DNA of 64,000 nucleotides. Origin: an uncultured Spirochaetota bacterium. Lineage in GTDB: Bacteria; Spirochaetota; Spirochaetia; SZUA-6; CAVTHK01. Under the pieces are notes generated by a model. The model saw only the letters and a program-made list of their open reading frames with translations, was not told where the DNA came from and searched no databases. Location of the stretch: positions 256,001 to 320,000 of the forward strand of contig CAVTHK010000016.1 of assembly GCA_963734495.1 (NCBI GenBank), read 5' to 3'. The position numbers and the translations under genes were made by a program. Shown in pieces: positions 1 to 9,912 of this stretch; position 1 is the first letter of the stretch, and each line of letters begins with the position of its first letter.

Positions 1-2
1 CC

Positions 3-1196
3 CTTCTGCTGGCCTTCTCGTTTTTTTTCTCCGCCACTGAAACCGCCACCTTCTCGTTGAACCAGCTCGAAAAAGAACGCCTTCGCCGCGGGAAGCCCAG
101 CCGCTTCCTCCTCGGCGCCCTCCAGCAGCCCGAGGAGATCCTGGCGACGATCCTGCTCGGCAACATGATCGTGAACCTGATGTTCGCGTCGCTGATGGGT
201 ACGGTCATGGAGCGCGTCTTCGGTGCGAGGGCCTGGCTCGTCTCCGTCTTGGCGGGCGCCGCGGCGCTGCTGCTCTTCGGCGAGATGACGCCCAAGAACG
301 TGGCCATCCGTCACCCCGCGTCGTTCTTCGCCTTCAGCATGCCCCTGCTTTCCAACGTCCACGTCCTGCTGTCGCCCGTCCGGCGCGTCCTCGACCTCGT
401 CCGGCGGGCGGTCGTCGCCTTCCTCTCGGGGAGGCTGCGCGTCGACCCCGAAGACCGCAGGACGCTGATCACTTCGACGCTGCAGGTCGGCGTGACCAAG
501 GGGCTCCTGCACCCGTCGGAGCTCGCGGCCACCGAGTCGTTCCTCGAGTTCCGGGGCAAGACCGCCGCGGACATCATGATCCCCCGCACGCGCCTCTCGG
601 GAGTCGAGGCGGCCGCGGGCCTGGAGGCCGTCATCGAGCGGCTGCGGCGGGACGGTGGCCGCGGCCCGGTGCTCATCTACGACCGCGACATCGACCACCT
701 CAAGGGCTACATGGTCGCACGGGACCTTCTCGCCTTCCGCTACGGCGTCGAGACCGCCGACAGCGGCGCGGAGCTGCTGCGGCCCTTCTACCCGGTGCCG
801 GAGACCAAGGCGCTCTTCGACCTGATGCAGGAGATGATCGCCCAGAACACGGAGATGGCCCTCGTGCTCGACGAGTACGGCGGCACCTCCGGCGTGATTC
901 CCTTCCAGCTCCTCGTGGGCGACTTCCTTCAATTTTTCTATCCGGGCGAAGAGAGGGTGCGCCAGACGTCGGAGGGAGTGTATCGGCTGCCCGGCGAGTT
1001 CCCGCTCGAAGCGCTCGAGAGCCTGCTCGGAGTGACCTGGGAGTCGGAGAGCCGCACGGTGGGCGGCCTGATCATCGAGCGGCTGGGGGAGATCCCGGCG
1101 GCGGGCGCAACGGTGCTGCTGGCCGGGCACGAGCTCGTCGTGCGGCGGGTGTCGCAGAAGCGCATCCTCGAGGTCGAGGTGAGGAAGCCCCAGTGA
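3..1196 (+). CDS. CNNM/DUF21-CBS-CorC (hemolysin/TlyC family) membrane protein, 5' end outside window
   Basis: Frame open from base 3 (LLAFSFFFSATETATFSL); motifs ILLGNMIVN, FGEMTPK, IMIPRT, ALVLDEYGGTSG; C-terminal CorC domain (TVGGLIIERLGEIP). Confidence 0.9.
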   Translation, partial: LLLAFSFFFSATETATFSLNQLEKERLRRGKPSRFLLGALQQPEEILATILLGNMIVNLMFASLMGTVMERVFGARAWLVSVLAGAAALLLFGEMTPKNVAIRHPASFFAFSMPLLSNVHVLLSPVRRVLDLVRRAVVAFLSGRLRVDPEDRRTLITSTLQVGVTKGLLHPSELAATESFLEFRGKTAADIMIPRTRLSGVEAAAGLEAVIERLRRDGGRGPVLIYDRDIDHLKGYMVARDLLAFRYGVETADSGAELLRPFYPVPETKALFDLMQEMIAQNTEMALVLDEYGGTSGVIPFQLLVGDFLQFFYPGEERVRQTSEGVYRLPGEFPLEALESLLGVTWESESRTVGGLIIERLGEIPAAGATVLLAGHELVVRRVSQKRILEVEVRKPQ

Positions 1197-2416
1197 CGAG
1201 GATCCTGCTCGAGCTCCTCACGTGCCTCCTCGCGTCCGGGTTCTTCGCCGGCCTGGAGACCGGCCTGCTGGCGGCCAACCGCATGGTGCTGCAGGAAAAA
1301 CAGCTCCGCGGCGTGCTCTACGCCCGCGCGGCCGAATACCTGCTGCGCCGCCCGGCCCGGCTGCTGGGCGTGACGCTGATCGGCACCAACCTGGCCAACG
1401 TCGCGGCGGCGGTGATCCTCACCGACTGGTTCGACCAGATCGGGCACCCGCAGCTCGCCTGGGCCGGCGTGCTCGCGCTGACCTTGGTCTTTGTCGTCTT
1501 CGCGGACCTGATCCCCAAGTCGTTCTTCCGCGGCAACGCCGACGGCCTGACCGTGCGCCTGACCCCGCTGCTGGTGGCCTTCTACTTCGTCCTGATCCCG
1601 CTCTACGCCGTGCTCAACGCGATCGTGCAGGCGATCATGCTGCTGAGCGGCCAGAACCGCGGAGGCCGCGAGGAAGTGCGGTCGCGGCGCGACCTGCGCT
1701 TCCTCGTGCACCTCGCGGGACAGGAGGTGGGGCTCTCGCGCGACGACCAGCGCATCATCGAGGACATCCTGGACTTCCGCGAGCAGAGCGCCCGGGAGGT
1801 GATGACGCCCTTCCACAAGGTCCCCGTCGTGACCCACGCTCAGAGCCTCGACGAAGTCGCCCGCGTGGCCGTCGACACCGGCTCGCGCTTCCTCCCGGTG
1901 GCGCGCGGCCGCACCGACAACCTCGTCGGCTACATCGACGCGGCGGAGCTGCTGTGGCGATCGGACGCGCGGCTGGAGTCGCTGCTGCACGAGAGCGTCT
2001 TCTACCCCGAGACAACGCCGCTCGCCGACCTGCTCCTCACGATGAACCGCAGCCACGTCGAGGTGGCCTTTCTCGTCGATGAGTTCGGCGGCGTCGCGGG
2101 CACACTCACCCCGAGCCAGATCATCGGCGACATCGTGCACTTCACGCCGGAGAGAGGGCCGCAGGCGTCGCGGATCGAGCGCGTGGCATCCGGGCACTAC
2201 CGCGTCTCCGGCGACGCCGGCGTCGAGGACCTCGGCCACGAGATCGGCCTCGTGCTCCGGCGCAGCTACAACCGCACGATCGGCGGGTACATCAGCGAGC
2301 GGCTCGGCGCCATCCCGCCGCGCGACGCGACGTACTCCGAAGGCGGCTTCCTCTTCCGGGTGACCGACCGCGACGCGCGCCACATCAAGGAAGTGGAGAT
2401 CAAGAGAGAAGGTTGA
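1193..2416 (+). CDS. CNNM/DUF21-CBS-CorC family protein, second tandem paralog
   Basis: SGFFAGLETG, LIGTNLANV, DLIPKS, AREVMTP, VDEFGGVAG, TIGGYISERLG; GTGA overlap with upstream stop. Confidence 0.9.
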   Translation: MTRILLELLTCLLASGFFAGLETGLLAANRMVLQEKQLRGVLYARAAEYLLRRPARLLGVTLIGTNLANVAAAVILTDWFDQIGHPQLAWAGVLALTLVFVVFADLIPKSFFRGNADGLTVRLTPLLVAFYFVLIPLYAVLNAIVQAIMLLSGQNRGGREEVRSRRDLRFLVHLAGQEVGLSRDDQRIIEDILDFREQSAREVMTPFHKVPVVTHAQSLDEVARVAVDTGSRFLPVARGRTDNLVGYIDAAELLWRSDARLESLLHESVFYPETTPLADLLLTMNRSHVEVAFLVDEFGGVAGTLTPSQIIGDIVHFTPERGPQASRIERVASGHYRVSGDAGVEDLGHEIGLVLRRSYNRTIGGYISERLGAIPPRDATYSEGGFLFRVTDRDARHIKEVEIKREG

Positions 2417-2476
2417 AGGCAGGCATCGGGGCGCGGCGACGCATCCGGGCACGGCGCGCGCAGGCGCCCCGGCGGT

Positions 2477-5400
2477 CTACGCCCCGCCGCCGAGAGGGCG
2501 CACGACGCGCTCGCCCTGCCTGAGGTACTTGATCCCTTCGACCGCTGCCCATGCCGCGGAGGTCGTGGTCGTGTACGGCACCTTGTGCCGGACGGCCGCG
2601 ATGCGGATCATCTCGTCGGTCTCCTGCGACGCCTTCCCGAGCGGCGTGTTGATGAGCAGGGCGATGCGGCCGCTCTTGCAGGTGGTCGACGACGTTGGGC
2701 CTGCCCTCGTGCATCTTGAGGACGACATCGGGGAAGAGCCCGTTCTCGAAGAGGAACTGCGCCGTGCCCCGCGTGGCCGCGAGCTCGAAGCCCATCGAGG
2801 CGAGCGCTCTCACGGTCGGGAGGATCGTGACGCGGTCGTTGCGGTTGACGGAGACGAACACGCGTCCCGAGGTCGGAAGCGGGCTGCCGGCGGAAGCCTG
2901 CGCCTTGGCGAAGGCTTCGCCGAACGAGTCGCCGGTGCCGATCACCTCGCCGGTGGATTTCATCTCGGGCCCGAGCATCGGGTCGCTGTCCGGAAGCCGC
3001 CCGAACGAGAACACGGCCTCCTTGACGGCCCATCCCGTCTTGCACGTGCCGGTGCCGCGGAGGCCGAGATCCTCGAGCCGGGCCCCTTCCCAGACGCGCA
3101 CCGCGGCCTCCACCAGGTTCACACCCGACGCTTTCGAGATGAACGGGATCGTCCGCGACGCGCGCGGGTTGACCTCCAGCACGTACAGCACGCCGTCCTT
3201 GGCCGCGTACTGCACGTTGATGAGCCCCTTGATCCCCGCCTCCAGCGCCATGCGGCGCGTCTGCTCCTGCAGCTCGACCAGGATGGCGGGGTCCGTCTTG
3301 AACGGCGGAAAGACGCACGCGGAGTCGCCGGAGTGGATGCCGGCCGCCTCGATGTGCTCCATCACGCCGGCGATGTAGACGCTCGCCCCGTCCGCAGATC
3401 GCGTCGACGTCGTACTCGAAGGCGTCCTCGAGGAAACGGTCGATGATCACCGGCCTGGCGGTCGTCACCCGGGGCGCCCGCTCGAGGAGGGCGTCGAGCT
3501 CGCCGCGGCTGTAGGCGATGAACATGCTGCGCCCGCCGATCACGAACGAAGGCCGCACGAGCACCGGGAACCCGATGATCTCCGCGTAGTCCAGCGCCTG
3601 CTCGCGCGAGGCGGCGGTCCGGTGAGGCGGGTAGGTGAGCCCGAGCCTGTCGGCAAAGGCGGCGAAGAGCTCGCGGTCCTCGGTGTCGAGGATCGCCCGC
3701 AGCGGCGTGCCGACGATGCGGGCGCCGGCCCTCTCCAGCTCCTCGGCCATGTTCAGCGGGGTCTGGCCTCCGAGCTGCAGGATCACGTCCTTCACGCGCT
3801 CCTTGCGCATCACTTCCTTGACCGTCTCGGGGACCAGCGGCTCCATGTAGAGCCGGTCCGACGTGTTGAAGTCCGTGGACACCGTCTCCGGGTTGGAGTT
3901 CACGATGATCGTCCTGACTCCCTGGCTCGCGGTAGGCGAAAGAGGCGAGGGTGCAGCAGGTGTCGAACTCCAGGCCCTGACCGATGCGGTTGGGCCCGCT
4001 CGCGAGGATCATCACCGCGCGCTCGCTGAAGGGCTCGCCTTCGTCGATCTCGCCCCATGTCGAGTAGAAGTAGGGCGTGCGCGCCTCGAACTCGCCCGCG
4101 CACGTGTCGACGAAGTGGAAGGCGGCCTCGATCCCGAGCTCCTGTCTCCGCCGCTCGACCTCGGCCTCATCCGTGCCGCGCAGCCGGGCGATCCGGCGGT
4201 CGGAGAGCCCGGCGCGCTTGGCCTCCAGGAGCAGGGGACGCTCGAGCCCGTCGGCGGCGATGCGCCGCTCGAGGGCGATCTGCGCCGAGATCTCGTGCAG
4301 GAACCAGGGGTCGTAGCCCGTGACCGCGGAAAGCTCGCCGATCGCGGCCTCACCGCGCTCCTTGAGCGCCTGGTAGAGCGCGAAGATGCGCAGCGGGTGG
4401 AGCGTCTCGATCATCGTCTTCAGGCGCTCGGGGGTGACGCCGGGCACCTCCTCGAGCCCCTCGTAACCGATCTCCGCGGCGCGGATCGCCTTGTTCAGCG
4501 CTTCGACAAAGGTGCGCCCGATCGCGAGGGATTCGCCCACGCTCTTCATCTGCGTGCCGAGCGTTTCGTAGCCGCGCGGGAACTTTTCCAGCTCGAAGCG
4601 GGGGACCTTGACCACCACGTAGTCCAGGCTCGGCTCGAACGCGGACACCGTGCGCCCGGTGATCTCGTTGACGATCTCGTCGAGGGTAAAGCCGACCGCC
4701 AGCCGCGCGGCGCAGCGGGCGATCGGGAAGCCGGTCGCCTTGCTCGCCAGCGCCGAGGAGCGGGAGACGCGCGGGTTCATCTCGATGATGCACATGCGCG
4801 CCGTCCCCGGCTGGATCGCGAACTGCACGTTGGAGCCGCCGCAGTCGATGCCCACGGCGCGCAGCACCTCCAGCGCCGCGGTGCGCATGCGCTGGTACTC
4901 GCGGTCGGAGAGCGTCTGCACCGGTGCCACCGTGATGCTGTCGCCGGTGTGCACGCCCATGGGGTCGAGGTTCTCGATCGAGCAGACGACCATCGCGTTG
5001 TCGTGGCGGTCGCGCATGACCTCGAGCTCGAACTCCTTCCAGCGCAGCAGCGCCTCCTCGATCAGCGCCTCGTGCGCCGGGGACTCCGACAACGCGCGCT
5101 CGGCGGACAGGCGCAGCTCCGCCTCCGTGAGCGCTATGCTTCCCCCCTGGCCTCCCAGGGTGAAGCTCGGGCGGATCACCAGAGGGAGCCCGATCTCCCG
5201 GCCGACCCGCAGCGCCTCGTCGACCTCGTGCACCACGGCCGAGCGCGGGACGTCGAGGCCGATGCTCTGCGCCATCGCCTTGAACTGGCCGCGGTCTTCG
5301 GCCTTGCGGATCGCCTCGACCGTGGCGCCGATCATCTCCACGCCGTGGCGCTCGAGGATGCCTTCGTCGTGCAGCGCGAGGGAGAGGTTGAGCCCGGTCT

Positions 5401-5677
5401 GCCCGCCCATCGTCGGGAGGATCGCGTCGGGCTTCTCCTTCCGGATCACCTGGTCCACGTATTCGCAGGAGAGCGGCTCCATGTAGACGGCGTCCGCGAG
5501 CCCGGGCGTGGTCATCACCGTCGCCGGGTTGGGGTTCACCAGCACGACGCGGTAGCCTTCTTCCTTTAGCGTTCGCACGGCCTGAGTGCCCGAGTAGTCG
5601 AACTCGCACGCCTGGCCGATGACGATCGGTCCCGAGCCGATGATCAGGATCTTCTTGAGGTCTTTGCGGGCGGGCAC
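2477..5677 (-). CDS. carB: carbamoyl-phosphate synthase large subunit, split by about 3 indels (near 3920, 3395, 2690)
   Basis: [30 protein letters not shown]; second ATP-grasp half ([24 protein letters not shown]); MGS tail ([23 protein letters not shown]) across ORFs 3362..5677, 2608..3903, 2400..3365, 2477..2728. Confidence 0.95.
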
Positions 5678-5698
5678 GTCTCCCTCACTTCGCGCGTG

Positions 5699-6883
5699 CT
5701 AGAGCGTCTCGAGGAACTTGCGGAAGATCCAGAGCGAATCGCGGGGACCGGGCGCCGCTTCAGGGTGGAACTGGACCGCCATCAGCCGCTGCGCGGGCGC
5801 GCTGATGCCTTCGTTGCTGCGGTCGTTGGCGTTGCGGAACCAGACCTCCGCCCCCCGCGGCAGCGTCGTCTCGTCGACGGCGAAGCCGTGGTTCTGCGAC
5901 GTGATGAGGATCGCGCCCGTCGTCTCGTCGCGGACGGGGTTGTTCACCCCGTGATGACCGAACTTCATTTTGAAGGTCTTCGCCCCGATGGCCAGCGCCA
6001 GGAGCTGGTGGCCCAGGCAGATCCCCCAGACCGGCCGCTTGCCGAGAAGCGCCTTGGCCTGGCGGATCAGGTGGTCGAGCACGGCGGGATCGCCGGGGCC
6101 GTTGGAGTAGAGCACCGCGTCGGGTTTGGCTGCGAGCACGTCGTCCGCGGACGCCTCGTTCGGGACCAGCGACACGCGGCAGCCGATCGCGTCGAGCTCG
6201 CGCACGATCCCCGCCTTGACGCCGCAGTCGACGAGCGCCACGTGCGGGCCGCCGGCCTTGTCGGTGTTGACGCCGACGATGCGCCCCAGGCTCAGCTCCG
6301 ACACGAGGTTGCGGCCCTCCATCTCGGGGAAGGCGCGCAGGAATCGTACCGCCTCCGCCGCGGCAGCTTCGGACAGCGGGCCGCCGTCGTCCGAGCGCAC
6401 GATGACGCCGCGCGGGCTCCCGCCGCTGCGGATGCGCAGCGTGAGCGCGCGCGTGTCCACGCCGGTGAGCCCGGTGGTCCGGTAGCGGGCGAGGAACTCC
6501 GGGAGGCTGGCGCGGCCCGCGGGCACCGGGCCCTCGTAGAGCGAGCGTACGACCAGGCCGGACGCGCGGAGCCTTCCCATGACCTCGTCCCCGCCGGAGC
6601 CGTACTCGGTCCAGTCCTCGTCGGTGCCGTAGTTGCCGATGTGGGGGTAGGTCATCACCACGATCTGGCCGTAGTAGGATGGGTCGGTCAGCATCTCGTG
6701 GTAGCCCGACATGCCCGTGTTGAAGACGACCTCGCCGGCCGCGAGCTTGCCCTCACCGCTGCGAGGGGCGGCCTGGCCGGCCGCGCCGCCGCGCGGAAGA
6801 GCCCCGACCGCCGCGGGCGCGGCGCCAAACCACCGTCCCGCGAAGGACGTTCCGTCGTCGAGCACCAGAGAGGCGTGATTCAT
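5699..6883 (-). CDS. carA: carbamoyl-phosphate synthase small subunit
   Basis: GEVVFNTGMSGY, TYPHIGNYG, SNGPGDP, GICLGHQ, QFHPE; ATG at 6883 (MNHASLVL). Confidence 0.95.
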   Translation of the reverse strand: MNHASLVLDDGTSFAGRWFGAAPAAVGALPRGGAAGQAAPRSGEGKLAAGEVVFNTGMSGYHEMLTDPSYYGQIVVMTYPHIGNYGTDEDWTEYGSGGDEVMGRLRASGLVVRSLYEGPVPAGRASLPEFLARYRTTGLTGVDTRALTLRIRSGGSPRGVIVRSDDGGPLSEAAAAEAVRFLRAFPEMEGRNLVSELSLGRIVGVNTDKAGGPHVALVDCGVKAGIVRELDAIGCRVSLVPNEASADDVLAAKPDAVLYSNGPGDPAVLDHLIRQAKALLGKRPVWGICLGHQLLALAIGAKTFKMKFGHHGVNNPVRDETTGAILITSQNHGFAVDETTLPRGAEVWFRNANDRSNEGISAPAQRLMAVQFHPEAAPGPRDSLWIFRKFLETL

Positions 6884-7093
6884 CGCTACCCCGACCATGC
6901 GGCGACAGGCTCGCGGTCGCCGCCGCATACAGAAAGAGCCGGCTTGAAGCCGGCTCTCCTCGGGCGTGCCGCCAGCCTAGTGTGCCATACTCCTTGGCTG
7001 CTGAAGCCTTGTCAACGCCCTTGTTTCAGGCCTTTTTGACGACCGGCGCTCGCGCGCAAACGTGCCGGGGTCAGTGCCCTGAGGTGTTCCCTG

Positions 7094-7471
7094 CTATCCC
7101 GACTTCGCCAACGCGGTGTTGACCGCGCTGTACAACTCCAGCACCCGGACTGGCTTCGGGATGAAGCGCACAATTCCCACGGCGTCGAGAGCCGCCATGG
7201 TGGCGGTGGATTCCGGCGAGACGTACCCGGACATCGCGATCATGGGCAGCGCCTCGTACCGTTCGCGCACGGTCCTGGCGAGCTCGATGCCGGAGACGCC
7301 CGGCAGAACCAGGTCGATGATGGCAAGGTCGAAGCTCGTGGATCCCCCCAGCACCTCGAGGGCCTGGTTGGCGTTCGCCGCGCGCCACACCTTGTGGCCG
7401 AACTTCTCCAGCATCCACGTCATGACGTGGAGCACTACCATCTCGTCATCCACGACCAGCACGTTCGCCAT
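7094..7471 (-). CDS. single-domain response regulator (CheY-like receiver)
   Basis: VLVVDDE, DLAIIDLVLPGVSG, MSG, FIPKP motifs. Confidence 0.85.
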   Translation of the reverse strand: MANVLVVDDEMVVLHVMTWMLEKFGHKVWRAANANQALEVLGGSTSFDLAIIDLVLPGVSGIELARTVRERYEALPMIAMSGYVSPESTATMAALDAVGIVRFIPKPVRVLELYSAVNTALAKSG

Positions 7472-7967
7472 CGACTTTGGATTCTCCGCTGCCGAAGCCG
7501 CAGACACTGCGGCGCAAATCCGTCGCGGAATCCTACTTCACTTTCCCGGGAAACTCAAACAAAAAAACCTCAGAAGGATCTCTGGGAAGGATCAGCAGGA
7601 TTCTCGAGGGCTGCGGCAAAGGCCACAGCGAGGAACACGACTGCAGCGCTCACGCGCGCGAAGGCGGGCGACTTGAAAGGCGCTTCCGCTCCCGTGACGA
7701 GCGCGTCGCGGAAAGGAGGAGTACCGCAAGGACCTTCAGGAGGAGCTCAAGGGCGTCGAGGAACGTATCGCGGAGATCCGATCGGTCAGCAATCAAGGGG
7801 GTCGGGGCCCCATACCCTGGTTGACCCGGCCGCCGGCGCAGTTGCGTGGCGTGGCCCGGCGCTGGCCTGACATTCTATCCGTTGCGTGTGGTTCGCATCT
7901 TTGACAGCCGGACTACGGGCGCTGATCGGGGGCGGCCGGAGACGAGGAGCGCACGTACTCCGCAAGA

Positions 7968-7993
7968 AACAAAAAGGCGGCATCCCTGCCGCC
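7968..7993 (-). terminator. intrinsic terminator after tRNA-Glu
   Basis: GGCGGCA/TGCCGCC stem followed by a T-run on the minus strand, just past the tRNA 3' end. Confidence 0.7.
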
Positions 7994-7996
7994 CGA

Positions 7997-8068
7997 TAGC
8001 CCCTAGGGGAATCGAACCCCTCTTTGAAGACTGAGAATCTCCCGTCCTAGCCGATAGACGAAGGGGCC
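7997..8068 (-). tRNA. tRNA-Glu (anticodon CTC), CCA not encoded
   Basis: Reverse complement GGCCCCTTCGTCTATCGGCTAGGACGGGAGATTCTCAGTCTTCAAAGAGGGGTTCGATTCCCCTAGGGGCTA folds as a cloverleaf with GTTCGATTC T-arm and TT-CTC-AG anticodon loop. Confidence 0.95.
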
Positions 8069-8110
8069 TCCGCTTTCGCGCTGCTTCACGCGTTCGCGTT
8101 TTCTGTCGCA

Positions 8111-8140
8111 TTTATACTGCGCACCGGCAGTTAGGGTCAA
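8111..8140 (-). promoter_or_regulatory. sigma70-like promoter of tRNA-Glu
   Basis: TTGACC-N18-TATAAA on the minus strand about 40 nt upstream of the tRNA. Confidence 0.55.
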
Positions 8141-8236
8141 GCACATTGGAGAGCGCTCTGGAATTCGCTTTCGCGTTCATTCTTGGCCTTTCCGACTATT
8201 CCGGCTACACTGGCGGCTACACGGAGGAGGCCCATC

Positions 8237-8755
8237 ATGGCTTTCTCGGAATCCCTGAGGCTCGACGTGAAGCGGCGAGCAGCCTTTCAGTGCTACCGAT
8301 GTCGGAGCATCAGTGTCCAGGTCCACCATATAGTCCCACAGGCCGAGGGGGGAGACGACACGCTCGACAACGCTGCACCGCTGTGCCCCAGCTGCCACGC
8401 CCTCGTCGGAAACGATCGGCTCAAGCGGAAGGAGATTCGCCAGATGAGGGACTGGTGGTACGAGAAGTGTGCGCCGCAATATGGATCTCAACCGCAACTT
8501 TTGGGATACCTCGAGAAGCTCAACGAAACCGTATCGTCTCTGGCCGATCGCCAGAAACGTCAGCACGAAGCGATCGGTGAGCTGAAGCGGGAGCTCATTG
8601 TGCTGATTGACAGCCAGGCTACTCGCGATCGGCATGTGGCGAAGGAGGCCGCTCGGCTCCGACATAAGACGAACGCGATCACCGTCCGCGACGCCATTGC
8701 GGTGGCGAGCGACGTGGTGTCCACAAGCACCGGCACATTTGGCGGGAGGGGATGA
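8237..8755 (+). CDS. HNH endonuclease domain protein with C-terminal helical/coiled-coil extension
   Basis: GGAGG RBS before ATG 8237; CxxC...VHHIVPQAEGGDDTLDNAAPLCPSCH zinc-bound HNH signature. Confidence 0.85.
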   Translation: MAFSESLRLDVKRRAAFQCYRCRSISVQVHHIVPQAEGGDDTLDNAAPLCPSCHALVGNDRLKRKEIRQMRDWWYEKCAPQYGSQPQLLGYLEKLNETVSSLADRQKRQHEAIGELKRELIVLIDSQATRDRHVAKEAARLRHKTNAITVRDAIAVASDVVSTSTGTFGGRG

Positions 8756-8758
8756 GGA

Positions 8759-9736
8759 ATGGCAGACTTGTCTTTCCCTCAGCGATTTGGCCTTCATGAA
8801 GGTCGTCCCATCGATGACGAGTTCCCGCAGGCCTCTCGAACTGGCCTCATGTATGTACTGCAACAGTTTGTAGAGGATGGCCTGATTAAGCGGGACGAGG
8901 ACGGGTATGCCTGGCGCTTCGTGATGATCGAGATGCTCAGGTCAAGCAAGATTCCGTTTCGCACGGTGGACCAGGCGAACCCGAAAGCCTGTAACGAGCT
9001 GCTCGCGTCGATGGAATGGCCTGACGTCTATGTGTTCTGCGAACGCGTTTTCAGCTCGCTGCTGACAGAGAAAACGCAGTACCACGATGGCGATACCCTG
9101 ATCGTTGTTTCGCTGGACCAGGTCAGACAGCGTTTTGTTTCAGAGGTAAACACTTTGCTAAGCGAGAGCAACCTCGCCTATGTCTTCAGGAGCGGACGCT
9201 TCGAAAGACCGGGCCGTCCACAGACTCAGCGCAACGTGGCAAGGGCTCAGGCTGTTCTGGCCGATCCAGCTCTCCATGCTGCTCGAGAGCACTACGCCAA
9301 GGCCCACCGTTTCTTCGGCGAACGCGCCCCTGATTTCGAGAATTCCGTCAAGGAGGCGATCTGCGCGCTTGAAGCAGCACTTGAGGTCAAGAGCGGGAAG
9401 CGGGTTTCGGCGGACTTCGAGAGAGAAGTTGCGAAGCTTTCCGGGCCGGAACCTGACAAGATACCTCCTCCGATAGCCCAAGCCATGGTTAAGATCCATG
9501 CGTACCGCGGCGGCGGAAAGGGAGTGTCTCATGGCAACACTGGAGGCCTCAAGGTCACTAGACACGAGGCCGAGCTAGTCCTCAGCGCAGCCGCGGCGTT
9601 CGTCACCTACGTGGTCGACTTCTACGAAAGCCAGGAGTCCGAGGCGCCATTCTCAGCAAGGAACCCCCGCCGTGGACGGGCTCGCCCTCGTCCCGCTGGA
9701 CTCGGCACCTTAATTGCCGATGGACACACTGGATGA
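8759..9736 (+). CDS. AbiJ-NTD4-like N-terminal domain plus Abi_C/HEPN-like C-terminal domain protein (putative abortive infection)
   Basis: FxxRFG start, WxDVYxFCE, EVNTLL..LAY, AREHYAKA..DFENSVKEAICALE, KIHAYR...GVSHG, EAELVL pattern recalled for this family. Confidence 0.6.
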   Translation: MADLSFPQRFGLHEGRPIDDEFPQASRTGLMYVLQQFVEDGLIKRDEDGYAWRFVMIEMLRSSKIPFRTVDQANPKACNELLASMEWPDVYVFCERVFSSLLTEKTQYHDGDTLIVVSLDQVRQRFVSEVNTLLSESNLAYVFRSGRFERPGRPQTQRNVARAQAVLADPALHAAREHYAKAHRFFGERAPDFENSVKEAICALEAALEVKSGKRVSADFEREVAKLSGPEPDKIPPPIAQAMVKIHAYRGGGKGVSHGNTGGLKVTRHEAELVLSAAAAFVTYVVDFYESQESEAPFSARNPRRGRARPRPAGLGTLIADGHTG

Positions 9737-9912
9737 ACGAAGAAAGCAAGGCGAGAGATCGAGGAGGGCAGCCAGCTCCTTTCGAACGATTTGAGCAGCC
9801 GCGGAATAGCCTTCCTACTCGCGAACGTTGCTGCAATGGCGGGTGCGGGATAGATCTCTAGTCCGAGAGGACTACTCCGAGGGGTCTCCGACACCGTCGG
9901 CGGAGCGTTGAT

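Noticed and set aside
938-2452. Long antisense or alternate-frame ORFs (also 3863..5569, 5696..7039, 25922..27343, 38435..40336 and others)
   Set aside because: Shadows of real genes caused by GC-rich codon bias; Arg/Pro/Ala-rich with no motifs
2477-5677. carB, mfd, proS and thrS as pseudogenes or programmed frameshifts
   Set aside because: These are core or essential genes with scattered indels and no slippery-site pattern; sequencing error is the simpler explanation
6977-6988. ATG-GCA-CAC-TAG mini-ORF as a carA leader peptide
   Set aside because: The AAGGAG lies only 1 nt from the ATG, and the codons are unrelated to arginine or pyrimidine sensing
9733-9860. Short ORF between the AbiJ-like and nuclease genes as an extra system component
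   Set aside because: About 40 codons with no RBS or recognisable motif; cannot be supported
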